A stretch of 64,000 bases of DNA, taken from positions 20,396-84,395 of the forward strand of contig LQBH01000002.1 of NCBI GenBank assembly GCA_002030015.1, read 5' to 3'. The stretch's first letter is position 1. Every line of letters begins with the position of its first letter. Made by a program: the position numbers and the translations under genes. Below are positions 52,854 through 63,366 of the stretch, piece after piece. The notes under the pieces are model-generated. The model was given only the letters and a program-made list of their open reading frames with translations, was not told the DNA's origin and searched no databases. Origin of the DNA: a delta proteobacterium MLS_D (lineage in GTDB: Bacteria > Desulfobacterota > Syntrophia > Syntrophales > UBA2210).

Positions 52854-53290
52854 AGTTGAACGAGTTACGGCCTCCCGCCGGGGCGAAGAAGCGCAGGAAA
52901 CGAGTGGGGCGCGGCAACGGATCGGGTCATGGAGGCACATCATGCAAGGGATCGAAAGGCCAGAACGCCCGGTCCGGCGGGAAAATAAAGCCTGGATTTG
53001 AGGGCGGCCAGATGCCGTTGACGAGACGTCTGCCGAAGCGCGGCTTTCGCAATCGCTTTCGGAAGGATATCATGGCAGTCAATGTGTCGCAGCTCAGGGC
53101 TTTTCCGGAGGGCGCTGTGGTGGACGCCGACGCCTTGATCGAGCGACGCATCATCAAGCGGCAGGGCGACGGCTTCAAGTTACTGGGCAAAGGCGAAATT
53201 ACCGTTCCACTGACGGTGAAAGCCGCGGGGGTATCGAAGGCCGCGCGGGAGAAGATCGAAGCATCAGGCGGCACGGTAGAGGTCGTATAA
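52850..53290 (+). CDS. rplO: 50S ribosomal protein L15
   Basis: MKLNEL.P..GA.K.RKRVGRG.GSG.G.TSG.G.KGQ.ARSG....[17 protein letters not shown]. It overlaps the rpmD stop. The ORF track starts at 52763. Confidence 0.95.
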   Translation: MKLNELRPPAGAKKRRKRVGRGNGSGHGGTSCKGSKGQNARSGGKIKPGFEGGQMPLTRRLPKRGFRNRFRKDIMAVNVSQLRAFPEGAVVDADALIERRIIKRQGDGFKLLGKGEITVPLTVKAAGVSKAAREKIEASGGTVEVV

Positions 53291-53291
53291 G

Positions 53292-54599
53292 TTGTTTGGC
53301 GGATTAGACAATATTACAAAAATACCGGAGCTGCAGAAGCGAATACTTTTCACGTTCGCACTGCTCGCCGTTTACCGGATCGGCGCCCATATTCCAACTC
53401 CGGGGATAGATACGGCGGCTCTGGCCGCATTTTTCGAGCAGGCACGAGGTTCTCTGCTCGGGCTCTTTGACATGTTCGCCGGCGGTGCTTTGAGCACGCT
53501 TTCCGTGTTCGCATTGGGCATCATGCCGTACATCAGCGCCTCCATTATTCTGCAACTGCTGACTGTGGCCGTTCCCCATCTCGAAAAACTGTCGAAGGAA
53601 GGCGACGCGGGACGGCGGAAAATAACCCAGTATACCCGCTACGGGACGGTGCTCCTGAGTATCATTCAGGGATTCGGAATTTCAGTGGGACTCGAAAGTA
53701 TGGCCGGTCCCTCGGGACTTTCGGTGGTGATGGAGCCTGGATGGGCCTTCCGGTTCATGAGCGTCATGACACTCGCGGCCGGTACATCGTTTCTCATGTG
53801 GCTGGGCGAAACAATAACGGAAAAAGGGATCGGCAACGGGATATCGTTGATCATATTCGCCGGCATCGTCTGCACCCTGCCGGCGGCCGTTGTCAATACC
53901 ACGAGGCTGCTCTGGACCGGAGAGATGGGAATATTTTTTGTCATCCTCCTCTTTGTCTTCATGCTGGCCGTGGTGGGATTTATCGTGTTCGTTGAGAGCG
54001 GCCAGCGAAGAATTCCGGTGCAGTATGCAAAGCGGGTCGTAGGACGGAAAATGTACGGGGGCCAGACGACGCACCTGCCGCTGAAGGTCAATACGGCGGG
54101 AGTTATTCCTCCCATTTTCGCGTCGTCTATCATAATGTTTCCGGCGACAATCGCGAATTTCGTCTCGCACCCATGGATGAACATGGTAGCGGAGTATCTG
54201 ATGCCGGGGCGGCTGGTTTATGAATTACTCTATGTGGCGTTTATCGTCTTTTTCTGTTATTTCTACACGGCGGTTACCTTCAACCCGGTTGATGTGGCCG
54301 AAAACATGAAAAAACACGGCGGTTTCATTCCCGGCATCAGACCGGGGAAGAAAACCGCCGAGCACATAGACTGGGTCCTGACGCGAATTACTTTCGGCGG
54401 CGCCATTTACGTGTCGGCCGTTTGCGTGTTGCCGAGTATTCTCATAAGCAATTTTCACGTTCCATTTTACTTCGGCGGGACCGCATTGTTAATAGTTGTT
54501 GGTGTGGCGCTCGACACGGCGGGTCAGATTGAGACACACCTGCTGACAAGGCAGTACGACGGATTCATGAAAAAAGGGAAACTGGCCAGAAGGCGATAG
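53292..54599 (+). CDS. secY: preprotein translocase subunit SecY
   Basis: ELQKRILFT...L.VYRIG..IP.PGID, LGIMPYISASII.QLL and GFIPGIRPG..T. Polytopic membrane protein. TTG start. Confidence 0.96.
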   Translation: MFGGLDNITKIPELQKRILFTFALLAVYRIGAHIPTPGIDTAALAAFFEQARGSLLGLFDMFAGGALSTLSVFALGIMPYISASIILQLLTVAVPHLEKLSKEGDAGRRKITQYTRYGTVLLSIIQGFGISVGLESMAGPSGLSVVMEPGWAFRFMSVMTLAAGTSFLMWLGETITEKGIGNGISLIIFAGIVCTLPAAVVNTTRLLWTGEMGIFFVILLFVFMLAVVGFIVFVESGQRRIPVQYAKRVVGRKMYGGQTTHLPLKVNTAGVIPPIFASSIIMFPATIANFVSHPWMNMVAEYLMPGRLVYELLYVAFIVFFCYFYTAVTFNPVDVAENMKKHGGFIPGIRPGKKTAEHIDWVLTRITFGGAIYVSAVCVLPSILISNFHVPFYFGGTALLIVVGVALDTAGQIETHLLTRQYDGFMKKGKLARRR

Positions 54600-54608
54600 G
54601 GGAACGGG

Positions 54609-55358
54609 ATGGTTATTTTAAAATCTCCTGAAGAAATAGAAAAAATGCGGGCGAGCAACGCAATCGTGGCCGAGGTGCTGGCATTGATGCGAGAAATTGC
54701 AGAGCCCGGGATCACGACGCTGGAGCTGGATCGTCGGGCGGAAGAGGCGGCCAGGAGCCGCGGTTCCATTCCAGCCTTCAAGGGGTACGGAGGGTTTCCC
54801 TTTTCTCTGTGTACTTCCATTAACGAGGAAGTGGTACACGGGTTTCCGTCGAAGCGGGAACTGAAAGAAGGCGATATTGCCAGTCTCGATTTCGGTGTTT
54901 GTTACAACGGGTATTTCGGTGATTCTGCAGTCACCATACCGATAGGATCGATTTCCGAATCTGCCCGGCGGCTGATGCAGGTGACGAAGGAATCACTTGA
55001 TCAGGCCATAGAGAATGCGGTGCCCGGTAACAGGTTGGGAGATATATCGAATGCGGTGCAGCGGCACGTGGAATCCGCGGGTTTTTCCCCCGTGCGGGAC
55101 TATGTCGGACACGGAATCGGTAAAAATCTGCATGAAGATCCACCGATTCCGAATTTCGGTCCGCCGGGGCGCGGTATCCTGCTCAAGGCCGGAATGGTGA
55201 TCGCCATAGAGCCCATGATCAACGCAGGGACCTACGAAGTGGATGTAAAACAGGACGGTTGGACCGTCGTGACCAGGGACGGCAAATTGTCGGCTCATTT
55301 CGAACACACGTTGGCCATTACGGACAAGGGACCGCGTGTTCTGAGCGTGGTTTCATAA
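54609..55358 (+). CDS. map: type I methionyl aminopeptidase
   Basis: KS.EEIEKMR.....VA, D.G..Y.GY.GD.A.T, GHGIG...HE.P.I.N and AIEPM. Confidence 0.95.
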   Translation: MVILKSPEEIEKMRASNAIVAEVLALMREIAEPGITTLELDRRAEEAARSRGSIPAFKGYGGFPFSLCTSINEEVVHGFPSKRELKEGDIASLDFGVCYNGYFGDSAVTIPIGSISESARRLMQVTKESLDQAIENAVPGNRLGDISNAVQRHVESAGFSPVRDYVGHGIGKNLHEDPPIPNFGPPGRGILLKAGMVIAIEPMINAGTYEVDVKQDGWTVVTRDGKLSAHFEHTLAITDKGPRVLSVVS

Positions 55359-55386
55359 GAAGCCGGGCGGAAGCAGCGAAGAGTCA

Positions 55387-55605
55387 ATGGCAAAAGAAGA
55401 TTCAATCGTGGTCGAGGGAACGGTTGTCGAGCCGCTGCCCAATGCGATGTTCCGGGTGGAACTTGAAAACGGCCACCGGGTACTGGCCCATATTTCGGGA
55501 AAGATGAGGATGCATTTTATTAAAATCTTACCGGGTGACAAGGTTACCGTCGAGCTGTCGCCCTATGACCTGACGCGCGGCAGGATCGTATATCGTTCCA
55601 AATAG
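55387..55605 (+). CDS. infA: translation initiation factor IF-1
   Basis: MAKED.I...[27 protein letters not shown]...[23 protein letters not shown]. Confidence 0.96.
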   Translation: MAKEDSIVVEGTVVEPLPNAMFRVELENGHRVLAHISGKMRMHFIKILPGDKVTVELSPYDLTRGRIVYRSK

Positions 55606-55632
55606 GCCGCCGTTGTAAACGGAGAACATGAC

Positions 55633-55746
55633 GTGAAAGTACGGGCATCGGTAAAAAAAATGTGTGACAAATGCAAGATAATCAAGCGACGGGGAATCGT
55701 GCGGGTTATCTGCGAGAATCCCAAGCATAAACAACGCCAGGGATAA
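55633..55746 (+). CDS. rpmJ: 50S ribosomal protein L36 (37 aa, below ORF-track cutoff)
   Basis: My translation is [37 protein letters not shown] (CxxC...C...H). GTG start after a GGAGAA RBS. Confidence 0.9.
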   Translation: MKVRASVKKMCDKCKIIKRRGIVRVICENPKHKQRQG

Positions 55747-55762
55747 GGAAGGAGAACTGCAG

Positions 55763-56137
55763 GTGGCACGGATTGCCGGGGTTGACTTGCCGAAAAACAA
55801 GCGAATGGACATCGCCCTGACCTATATTTATGGTATCGGGAGATCCAAGGCGATGGTCATTCTTGAGGAAGCGGGTGTCGCCTTCGATACGAACAGCGAC
55901 AGGCTGGCTGATGATCAGATTACGTCCATCAGAAGCATTATCGACCGCGACTACCGGGTCGAGGGCGACTTGAGGCGGGACGTTTCCATGTCGATCAAGC
56001 GTCTCATGGATATCGGCGCCTATCGGGGGCTTCGCCACAGGAAGGGTCTGCCCGTCAGGGGGCAGAGGACCGTCACCAACGCGAGAACGCGTAAAGGTCC
56101 CCGCCGGGCGATAGGAAGCGGCAAAAGAAAGAAATAA
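55763..56137 (+). CDS. rpsM: 30S ribosomal protein S13
   Basis: [21 protein letters not shown] and [25 protein letters not shown] start. Confidence 0.96.
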   Translation: MARIAGVDLPKNKRMDIALTYIYGIGRSKAMVILEEAGVAFDTNSDRLADDQITSIRSIIDRDYRVEGDLRRDVSMSIKRLMDIGAYRGLRHRKGLPVRGQRTVTNARTRKGPRRAIGSGKRKK

Positions 56138-56155
56138 GCATTATCTGGAGGCATA

Positions 56156-56548
56156 ATGGCTCGACCGGCGCGTAAGAGCGTAAAAAAGAAGGAAAAGAAA
56201 AATATCAGCGAGGGGATCGCCCATATTCACTCGACTTTCAATAACACGATCGTCACCATAACGGATATGAGCGGCAATGCCATTGCCTGGGCTTCCGGCG
56301 GGGGGCAGGGATTCAAGGGATCCCGGAAGAGCACTCCCTTTGCCGCACAGTTAACCGCGACGGAAGCGGTGAAAAAGGCGAAATTGCACGGACTCAGGAC
56401 GGTGCAGGTCTACGTCAAGGGACCCGGAGCGGGGCGGGAGTCGGCTTTGCGCGCGATCCAGGCGGCGGGACTGACGGTGACACTGATCAGGGACGTGACG
56501 CCCATTCCTCACAACGGATGCCGTCCACCCAAGCGGCGAAGAGTCTGA
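56156..56548 (+). CDS. rpsK: 30S ribosomal protein S11
   Basis: [18 protein letters not shown]...[17 protein letters not shown]. Confidence 0.96.
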   Translation: MARPARKSVKKKEKKNISEGIAHIHSTFNNTIVTITDMSGNAIAWASGGGQGFKGSRKSTPFAAQLTATEAVKKAKLHGLRTVQVYVKGPGAGRESALRAIQAAGLTVTLIRDVTPIPHNGCRPPKRRRV

Positions 56549-56603
56549 CGATAGTATCATTTTAAGACGGCTTTACGGGAACGGCCGTTCATGGAGGAAC
56601 GTT

Positions 56604-57236
56604 TTGGCACGATACAGAGAATCATTATGCAAGCTGTGCAGGGCGGAAGGGACCAAGCTCTTCCTCAAGGGAGACAGGTGCTACAGCGACAAATGTTCAT
56701 TCGAGAGGCGGGGTTACGCGCCGGGAGAACACGGGCAGACGCGGGCGCGGAGAAAGCGTTCCGATTACGGTCTTCAGCTCAGGGAAAAACAGAAATTAAA
56801 AAGAATGTTCGGGCTCATGGAAAAACAGTTCCGGAGTTATTTTTATAAAGCAGAGCGAGGAAAGGGCGTGACGGGGACGAAGCTTCTTCTCATGCTTGAA
56901 AGCAGGCTGGACAACATGGTGTACCGCATGGGGTTCGCCGGTTCGAGAAACGAGGGCCGGCAGCTCGTTCGGCACGGACATTTTGCCGTGAACGGCAAAA
57001 AGGTGACCATTCCATCTTATCTTGTAACCGTGGGAGATACGGTGCAGGTCAGGGAGAAATCCCGGAATACCGCCCGTATTCTTGAGGCTATGAATACGGT
57101 GGCAAGGCGGGGTGTTCCCGACTGGATCGAGCTTGACAAGGCTCAGTTCTCCGCCGTGTTAAAGGCTTTGCCGACCCGGGAAGAACTGACCATGCCCGTT
57201 GAGGAGCAGATGGTGGTCGAGTTTTATTCCAAGTAG
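56604..57236 (+). CDS. rpsD: 30S ribosomal protein S4 (zinc-binding type)
   Basis: ARY......C.LCR.EG.KLFLKG.RC...KC and S4 domain LESRLDN.VYR.GFA.SR..ARQLV.HGH. TTG start. Confidence 0.95.
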   Translation: MARYRESLCKLCRAEGTKLFLKGDRCYSDKCSFERRGYAPGEHGQTRARRKRSDYGLQLREKQKLKRMFGLMEKQFRSYFYKAERGKGVTGTKLLLMLESRLDNMVYRMGFAGSRNEGRQLVRHGHFAVNGKKVTIPSYLVTVGDTVQVREKSRNTARILEAMNTVARRGVPDWIELDKAQFSAVLKALPTREELTMPVEEQMVVEFYSK

Positions 57237-57270
57237 TTGAACCCATGCACTAAAACGAGGAATCGATACT

Positions 57271-58260
57271 ATGCAGAGAAATTGGCGCAGTCTGATAAAA
57301 CCAAAACGTATCGAGGTTGATGAAGACACTCATACCCAGTATTATGGTGAATTCGACTGCCAGCCGTTAGAAAAGGGATTCGGTTCGACTCTGGGCAACT
57401 CTCTGCGCAGGGTGCTCCTTTCTTCCATTTACGGTGCCGCAATCACCTCGATAAAAATAGACGGTGTCCTGCACGAGTTTTCAACCATCCCGGGCGTCAA
57501 GGAAGACGTCACCACGATTATTCTTAATCTTAAGGGGGTGCGGGTAAAGATTCACCAGGGGGAGCAGAAGATGGTTCACATCAATGCCTCCGGTGAGGGC
57601 GTCGTGAAGGCGGGCGATATCATAACCGACGGAACAGTCGACATACTGAATCCTGATCATCATATCGCGACACTGTCCCGGGACGCCGTCTTGAAAGCCG
57701 AAATGGCCGTGAAAATCGGCAAAGGATACGTGCCGGCGAAAAGCGAGCGCGATCCTGATCAGCCTGAAGGAACGATCAATATCGACTCGATTTTCTCGCC
57801 GATAAAGAAAGTCGCCTATACCGTGTCGAATGCGCGGGTGGGACATATCACCGATTACGACAGACTTGTCATGGAGATATGGACCGATGGCGGCATCTTT
57901 CCCGAAGACGCCCTCGCCTATGCGGCAAGGATTTTGAAAGAACAGATCGATGTCTTTATCAATTTTGAAGATCGCGAAGAAGAGGAAGAAACACCGGAAG
58001 GCGAAGAAGAGCCCCGCGAAAACGACAATCTTTACAAGAGTGTGGATGAACTCGAACTTTCTGTTCGATCAGCGAACTGTCTGAAAAACGCCGGAATTCA
58101 GTACATCGGCGAACTGGTTCAGAAAACGGAAGCGGAGATGCTCAAGACGAAAAATTTCGGCAGGAAATCCCTGAACGAAATCAAGGAAATACTTGGAGAA
58201 ATGGGACTTTCTCTGGGTATGAAAATCGAATTTCCTCCGCAACCCCCTGAACGGGAATAA
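57271..58260 (+). CDS. rpoA: DNA-directed RNA polymerase subunit alpha
   Basis: G.TLGN.LRR.LLSS..GAA.T...IDGV.HEFS.I.GV.EDV and alpha-[26 protein letters not shown]. Confidence 0.96.
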   Translation: MQRNWRSLIKPKRIEVDEDTHTQYYGEFDCQPLEKGFGSTLGNSLRRVLLSSIYGAAITSIKIDGVLHEFSTIPGVKEDVTTIILNLKGVRVKIHQGEQKMVHINASGEGVVKAGDIITDGTVDILNPDHHIATLSRDAVLKAEMAVKIGKGYVPAKSERDPDQPEGTINIDSIFSPIKKVAYTVSNARVGHITDYDRLVMEIWTDGGIFPEDALAYAARILKEQIDVFINFEDREEEEETPEGEEEPRENDNLYKSVDELELSVRSANCLKNAGIQYIGELVQKTEAEMLKTKNFGRKSLNEIKEILGEMGLSLGMKIEFPPQPPERE

Positions 58261-58307
58261 TTTGAACGCCGCGGACATTCTGATAACCGGGAAAGGATCA
58301 AAAAGAA

Positions 58308-58709
58308 ATGCGTCACAGAAAGGCCGGAAGGAAGTTGGGCAGGACCTCGAGTCACAGGAAGGCGATGATGAGGAACCTCGTGACGTCCCTTCTGAAACAC
58401 GAAAAAATCACCACGACTGATGCGAAGGCCAAGGAGCTGAGAAGCGTTACGGACAAGATGATAACGCTGGGCAAGAAAGGGACGCTCCACGCGCGGCGCC
58501 AGGCGCTCAGTTTTATTCGGGACCGCGATACGACGGAAAAGGTTTTCGCCGTTCTGTCAGCCCGCTACCGGGACCGGGAAGGCGGTTACACGAGGATCGT
58601 GAAGAAGGGACCGCGTCCCGGCGATAATGCGCCTCTCTCCGTTATCGAGCTCATGCCTGAAACGGCGCCGAAAAAGCGTTCCGGGCAATCCGGCGGATCG
58701 GTAAAATAA
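58308..58709 (+). CDS. rplQ: 50S ribosomal protein L17
   Basis: [22 protein letters not shown]...L..HE.I.TT..KAKELR. Confidence 0.96.
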   Translation: MRHRKAGRKLGRTSSHRKAMMRNLVTSLLKHEKITTTDAKAKELRSVTDKMITLGKKGTLHARRQALSFIRDRDTTEKVFAVLSARYRDREGGYTRIVKKGPRPGDNAPLSVIELMPETAPKKRSGQSGGSVK

Positions 58710-58717
58710 GCCGCAAG

Positions 58718-58747
58718 AAAGGCAGGATGATTATCTTGCCTTTTTTT
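58718..58747 (+). terminator. intrinsic terminator after rplQ
   Basis: AGGCAGG (58720-58726) pairs with CTTGCCT (58735-58741, one G-U), loop ATGATTAT, then TTTTTTT. Confidence 0.5.
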
Positions 58748-58751
58748 ATTC

Positions 58752-58779
58752 TTGATTTTTCATACCCCGGGGATATAAT
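58752..58779 (+). promoter_or_regulatory. sigma-70-like promoter for the small beta-barrel gene
   Basis: TTGATT (58752-58757), 16 nt, TATAAT (58774-58779). Confidence 0.45.
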
Positions 58780-58870
58780 CCTACAATTCGGCAGGGCACG
58801 GTTCCCGGGTTGTTTGCACTCATCAGATACAGGGGGCGTCGGGTCTGAAGCGCTCCAGGGAGGTGATGGT

Positions 58871-59131
58871 ATGGCCGAAGAAAGAGTGGGCGAGGTAATG
58901 AAATATTTTTCAAAGCCAAGTGTCGCCGCCGTGAAAATCGTGGAAGGAACGCTGTCCGTCGGCGACCGGATTCGTTTTACGGGGCACACGACGGATTTTG
59001 AAGACACCGTTGATTCGATGGAAATCAACAACGAGAAAATCGAGAAGGCTCAAGCCGGTGATTACATAGGAATCAGGGTCGCAGACCGGGTGCGCCCGGG
59101 TGATGAAATGTTCAAAGTTCTGCCTGAATAG
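58871..59131 (+). CDS. small EF-Tu domain-2-like beta-barrel protein (86 aa)
   Basis: G.V..YF.K..VA.VK...G.L.VGD.I.F.G..TDF...V.SM...N..I..A.AGD..GI.V...V..GD is the pattern of a translation-protein beta-barrel. GGAGGTGA RBS lies before the ATG at 58871. The longer ORF from 58727 would run through the terminator and promoter. Confidence 0.65.
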   Translation: MAEERVGEVMKYFSKPSVAAVKIVEGTLSVGDRIRFTGHTTDFEDTVDSMEINNEKIEKAQAGDYIGIRVADRVRPGDEMFKVLPE

Positions 59132-59157
59132 CTATATTCCCGGTCGTTATAATTTTG

Positions 59158-59200
59158 AAAGCCATGGTAACGCGCAACATAAACGCGCCATGGCTTTTTT
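59158..59200 (+). terminator. intrinsic terminator after the small beta-barrel gene
   Basis: AAAGCCATGG (59158-59167) pairs with CCATGGCTTT (59188-59197), followed by a T-run extending to 59200. Confidence 0.6.
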
Positions 59201-59287
59201 CATGTGATATTCAACGGCTGATTAAAGGCGTGTCCCGAAAGATGTGATCACGGGTTCCGAAAACGCCTTTCGAGGAAATGACAAACC

Positions 59288-60544
59288 ATGGATCTAAACC
59301 GGGTTCGGCAATACCTGGCCGGGCTTGAAAAGCGGGGCATTCATCTCGATCTCGATCCTGTATCGCGGCTTCTTGCGACGCTGGGTGATCCGCACCTTAC
59401 CTATCGGACGGTACACGTCGCTGGAACCAACGGCAAGGGTTCCGTGGCCGCCATGATTGCTTCGATTCTCGGCGCGGCGGGATACCGCGTCGGCCTTTAT
59501 ACATCTCCACATCTTGTCGATTTCAGAGAGCGGATCAGGGTTAACGGCGCCATGATTCCTGAAGAGGCCCTGGTGCGCCTGGTGAGCGAACTCCGGCGTT
59601 ACGTTACGGATGATGTTACCTATTTTGAATTTGCAACAGTCCTTGCGTTCCGTTTCTTTCAGGAACAGTCAGTCGATATCGCTGTGATCGAGGTCGGCAT
59701 GGGAGGCAGGCTGGATGCAACAAACTGTATCATGCCCGAGGTTTCGGTTATCACGACGATTTCACTGGAACATGAACGGTACCTGGGACGGCGGCTGGTC
59801 GACATAGCCGCAGAAAAAGCTGAAATTATAAAAAAAGACGGTACCTGCGTCACCGGCGTGACGCAGGCAAAAGTCCTTGCCGTCATTGAAAAAACCGCGC
59901 AAATCCGTGGAGCGCGGGTGTTGCGGCGGGGAAGGGATTTTACTGCGCGGCGCCGGGGGAAAACAACTTTTTCCTATTATGGAATAAACTATACGCTCAG
60001 GAATCTCAAGCTCCCCCTTCCGGGAGATCACCAGGTTTCAAACGCCGCCCTGGCCGCCGCCGCCGCCGAAGTTCTGGCAGAAAAGGGCATGGAAATCGAT
60101 GGCCGCGCACTTGTCGAGGGTATCGAGTCGACAGCATGGGAGGGACGACTGGAAACTATCGGCGCGGCTCCGCTCATTGTTCTTGACGGTGCCCACAACG
60201 CGGAGGGTATCGGGGCGCTGTGCAGGACGCTGCCTCGTGATTTCAGCTATGAGCGGTTGATTGTCCTGTTCGGCGTCATGGGAGATAAACATTGCAAGTC
60301 CATGATGAGAAGGATCGCCGCGGTAGCGGACAGGATAATCGTTACGGAACCGCCGGGAGAAAGAACCCGCCGTCTGTCCCGTCGCGATTTGAACGATTTC
60401 GGGCTTGACGCCGACCGGTTCGAGATCATACCCTGCGTTCAGGATGCCTTTCATCGCGCTTGTTCCCTGGCCGGATTCAAAGACATGGTCCTGGTGACGG
60501 GGTCCCTCTACCTGCTGGGAGAAATAAAGCGGCAGCGAATGTAG
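59288..60544 (+). CDS. folC: bifunctional folylpolyglutamate synthase / dihydrofolate synthase
   Basis: Mur-ligase P-loop HVAGTNGKGS, TSPHL..F.ERI and GRLE....P....DGAHN. Confidence 0.9.
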   Translation: MDLNRVRQYLAGLEKRGIHLDLDPVSRLLATLGDPHLTYRTVHVAGTNGKGSVAAMIASILGAAGYRVGLYTSPHLVDFRERIRVNGAMIPEEALVRLVSELRRYVTDDVTYFEFATVLAFRFFQEQSVDIAVIEVGMGGRLDATNCIMPEVSVITTISLEHERYLGRRLVDIAAEKAEIIKKDGTCVTGVTQAKVLAVIEKTAQIRGARVLRRGRDFTARRRGKTTFSYYGINYTLRNLKLPLPGDHQVSNAALAAAAAEVLAEKGMEIDGRALVEGIESTAWEGRLETIGAAPLIVLDGAHNAEGIGALCRTLPRDFSYERLIVLFGVMGDKHCKSMMRRIAAVADRIIVTEPPGERTRRLSRRDLNDFGLDADRFEIIPCVQDAFHRACSLAGFKDMVLVTGSLYLLGEIKRQRM

Positions 60545-60619
60545 TTTCAGTTTTTAAAATGCGGCAGTTTATGGTAACCATGCCGTGATTCACGCCTTTC
60601 GGAGCATGAGACCTGTAAA

Positions 60620-62821
60620 ATGAATCGATGCGGTACAATCATACTTCTTGCACTGGTGATCAGCCTGATGCCGGCCCCGTGTTCCGTTTTCGCCCTGAGC
60701 AGGGACATCCCTTCGGGTCCGGTTCACATCGAAGCCGAACGTGTCCGCTACGTCAGCGATCCTGAGGCGTACGAGGCCGAAGGCGATGTTCACATAACAT
60801 TTGAAGGAGGGTACCTGGACGCCGACAGGGTAATGTTCGACGTTGCGTCGGGCGAGGCCGAAGCCGAGGGGAATGTGTTCATAAAGAGCGACGGCGACAC
60901 CGTGGAAGGTTCGAAGGCCCGTTTCAACATCATTACCAAGCAGGGCGTCATCTCACGGGGGACCGTCTTTTTCAGGGAAAATCATCTCTTCCTGAGAGGA
61001 GAAACCATCGAAAAAAGAGGCGAGAATGATTACTCCCTGCTGGACGCGGATGTAACGAGCTGCAGCGGGAAAAGCCCGGACTGGAAAATAACGGGCCGAA
61101 GAATCGATGTGACGGTTGACGGGTACGGCACTGTCCGCCACGGAGCCTTCAGGGTCAAAGATATTCCCCTTATATACATGCCATACATGGTGTTTCCCGC
61201 GAAGACCACCCGCCAGACGGGTTTTCTTCCGCCGCGCTGGGGATTCTCCAGCGATAAACTCGGGTGGGATATCGGCATCCCGTTTTACTGGGCGGTTTCG
61301 GAGTCGGCTGACCTGACGTTCTACCAGCGATATATGGACAAACGGGGATTTCAGGAGGGGGTGGAACTGCGGTATTATCTGGGTGAAAATTCTTTCGGCA
61401 CATTCTACACGGATTATCTCAGGGATGGCATGGACGTCACCAGCCGGACTGGTGACGGTGAACTGTTCCGGGACTGGAAAGATTCACATGATCGCTGGTC
61501 CTACTATCTGGACCATGAAACCCTGTTCGACAACGGCATCAACCTCATGACGAATGTGAAAAAAGTTTCCGACAACTGGTACTTCAGGGACTTTGAGTCT
61601 CACAATTACTATCTGGAACATTACAGTGAAAAAGGTGACCGTCCTTTTCGACGGGTCGATTTCGAAGGAGACGCCTATCTTTCTTCTCTGAATTCCACGG
61701 TTCGACTGACGAAAGACTGGGAACAATTCAATCTGACGGCACTGGGACAGTACACTGATAATTATCGAAGCCACTCAAACGACACGACGCTGCAGAAATA
61801 CCCCGAAGTTTCCTTCACGGCGATGAAACAACCCATCGTCGACACACCCTTTGATTTCGAGATGGATTCGACCTATGCGTATTATTATCGAACCGCCGGT
61901 CACCGCGGCCACTACCTGGATGCGGCTCCCACCGTTTCACTTCCCCTGAACGCCGGCCGTTACTTCCGCTTCATACCAGAACTCGGGATTCGGGAAACCC
62001 GGTGGGACGCCGCCGATACGACCGACTCGCGAAGGCGACGGGACAGGCAGGATAACAGGACGCTTTACCACGTGGGAGCGACTTTCACGTCGGATATACA
62101 ACGAATATTTTCCGTCAACAAGTGGGGTGTGGACAAGATACGGCACAGCATCAGACCGGAGGTCGCCTACCGGTACCTTCCCTATGTTTCACAGGATGAC
62201 AGGCCCAACTATGTGCCCTTTGAGGATGAAGAAAACAGGGTGACCTACTCGGTGATCAATACATTCACGGGCCGTTTCAGGGATGAAGACGGGAACGTGT
62301 CGTACCGGGAACTGCTAAACTTGAAACTGGGCCAGACCTACGACATACGGGAGGCGCGGCGGACCCTGCCTCCCGGCGCCGATAAACGGAGACCTTTCGG
62401 CGATATCGACGCGAAAATCGATCTCACTCCCCATCCGCTGTTCAGTCTCGGCGGTGATCTCACGCTCGACACCTACGGGGGCGACTGGAAAATAATAAAC
62501 GGTCTTCTGAACCTGAGGGATCCACGCGGAGATTCGTTGAGATTCGAGTATCGTTATACCCGTGACGTGGTGGAACAGTTAAACGTCGATGTTCATGCAA
62601 AGATTACGGATCAACTCGATCTCTTTTTCGGGCGTGCGTATGATGAGGTGGAAAAAAGGAATCTCGAGACACGATATGGTGTTCTTTATCGGAAACAATG
62701 CTGGGATACGGAATTTGTCCTCACCGATTCCCATGATGACCGGAGCTTCATGGTGATCGTCACCCTGGCGGGTCTCGGGCGCTTGATGCGCGTCGAGGGG
62801 GGGGTGCCGGGACGGGATTGA
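60620..62821 (+). CDS. lptD: LPS-assembly outer membrane protein LptD
   Basis: Signal peptide, then an OstA-like N-terminal repeat (A..V.Y......A.G.V.I.....L.AD...F), then a long aromatic-rich beta-barrel region (GF..P....S...G......P.YWA). Confidence 0.85.
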   Translation: MNRCGTIILLALVISLMPAPCSVFALSRDIPSGPVHIEAERVRYVSDPEAYEAEGDVHITFEGGYLDADRVMFDVASGEAEAEGNVFIKSDGDTVEGSKARFNIITKQGVISRGTVFFRENHLFLRGETIEKRGENDYSLLDADVTSCSGKSPDWKITGRRIDVTVDGYGTVRHGAFRVKDIPLIYMPYMVFPAKTTRQTGFLPPRWGFSSDKLGWDIGIPFYWAVSESADLTFYQRYMDKRGFQEGVELRYYLGENSFGTFYTDYLRDGMDVTSRTGDGELFRDWKDSHDRWSYYLDHETLFDNGINLMTNVKKVSDNWYFRDFESHNYYLEHYSEKGDRPFRRVDFEGDAYLSSLNSTVRLTKDWEQFNLTALGQYTDNYRSHSNDTTLQKYPEVSFTAMKQPIVDTPFDFEMDSTYAYYYRTAGHRGHYLDAAPTVSLPLNAGRYFRFIPELGIRETRWDAADTTDSRRRRDRQDNRTLYHVGATFTSDIQRIFSVNKWGVDKIRHSIRPEVAYRYLPYVSQDDRPNYVPFEDEENRVTYSVINTFTGRFRDEDGNVSYRELLNLKLGQTYDIREARRTLPPGADKRRPFGDIDAKIDLTPHPLFSLGGDLTLDTYGGDWKIINGLLNLRDPRGDSLRFEYRYTRDVVEQLNVDVHAKITDQLDLFFGRAYDEVEKRNLETRYGVLYRKQCWDTEFVLTDSHDDRSFMVIVTLAGLGRLMRVEGGVPGRD

Positions 62822-62850
62822 GTTCATGCGGTATTTGCAGCTTTTTCCAC

Positions 62851-62879
62851 TTGACAAACTTCTTGCAATTGCTTAGGGT
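62851..62879 (+). promoter_or_regulatory. candidate promoter for rplM-rpsI
   Basis: TTGACA (62851-62856), 17 nt, TAGGGT (62874-62879). Confidence 0.35.
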
Positions 62880-62914
62880 ACCGCTTCAGTTTGAATAACG
62901 GTGCACGGTGAATT

Positions 62915-63349
62915 ATGAAAACTTACAGCGCAAAAAGCGGGGATATCGCCAGGCAGTGGTATCTCTATGACGCCGACGGGAAAGTTCTGGGCCGTCTGGC
63001 GAGTGACATTGCTCGAAGACTGAGGGGCAAGAATTCGCCCTTCTACACGCCACACGTGGACACGGGCGATTTCGTGGTGGTCGTCAATGCGGGGAAAATT
63101 ATGCTTACCGGCCGCAAATCGGCCGAGAAAATGTATTATCACCACAGCGGCTACCCCGGAGGATTGAAAGCGACAACTGCGAAACAGATGCTTGAGAAAC
63201 ATCCCGACAGGATACTTCGCAATGCTGTGAAGGGAATGCTTCCGAAAAACAGCCTGGGAAGAAAAATGCTGAAAAAACTCAAAATATATGCCGGTTCCGA
63301 ACACCCGCACGAGGCACAATTGTCCGGGGTTGCGGGTGCAGAAAGCTGA
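62915..63349 (+). CDS. rplM: 50S ribosomal protein L13
   Basis: W...[32 protein letters not shown] and HSGYPGGLK. Confidence 0.96.
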   Translation: MKTYSAKSGDIARQWYLYDADGKVLGRLASDIARRLRGKNSPFYTPHVDTGDFVVVVNAGKIMLTGRKSAEKMYYHHSGYPGGLKATTAKQMLEKHPDRILRNAVKGMLPKNSLGRKMLKKLKIYAGSEHPHEAQLSGVAGAES

Positions 63350-63366
63350 AGGGAAAGAGGGGATTC

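Noticed and set aside
54600-54608. adk is absent between secY and map.
   Set aside because: The presence or absence of adk at this position varies widely among bacteria. Only 9 nt separate secY and map, so there is no degraded remnant to interpret.
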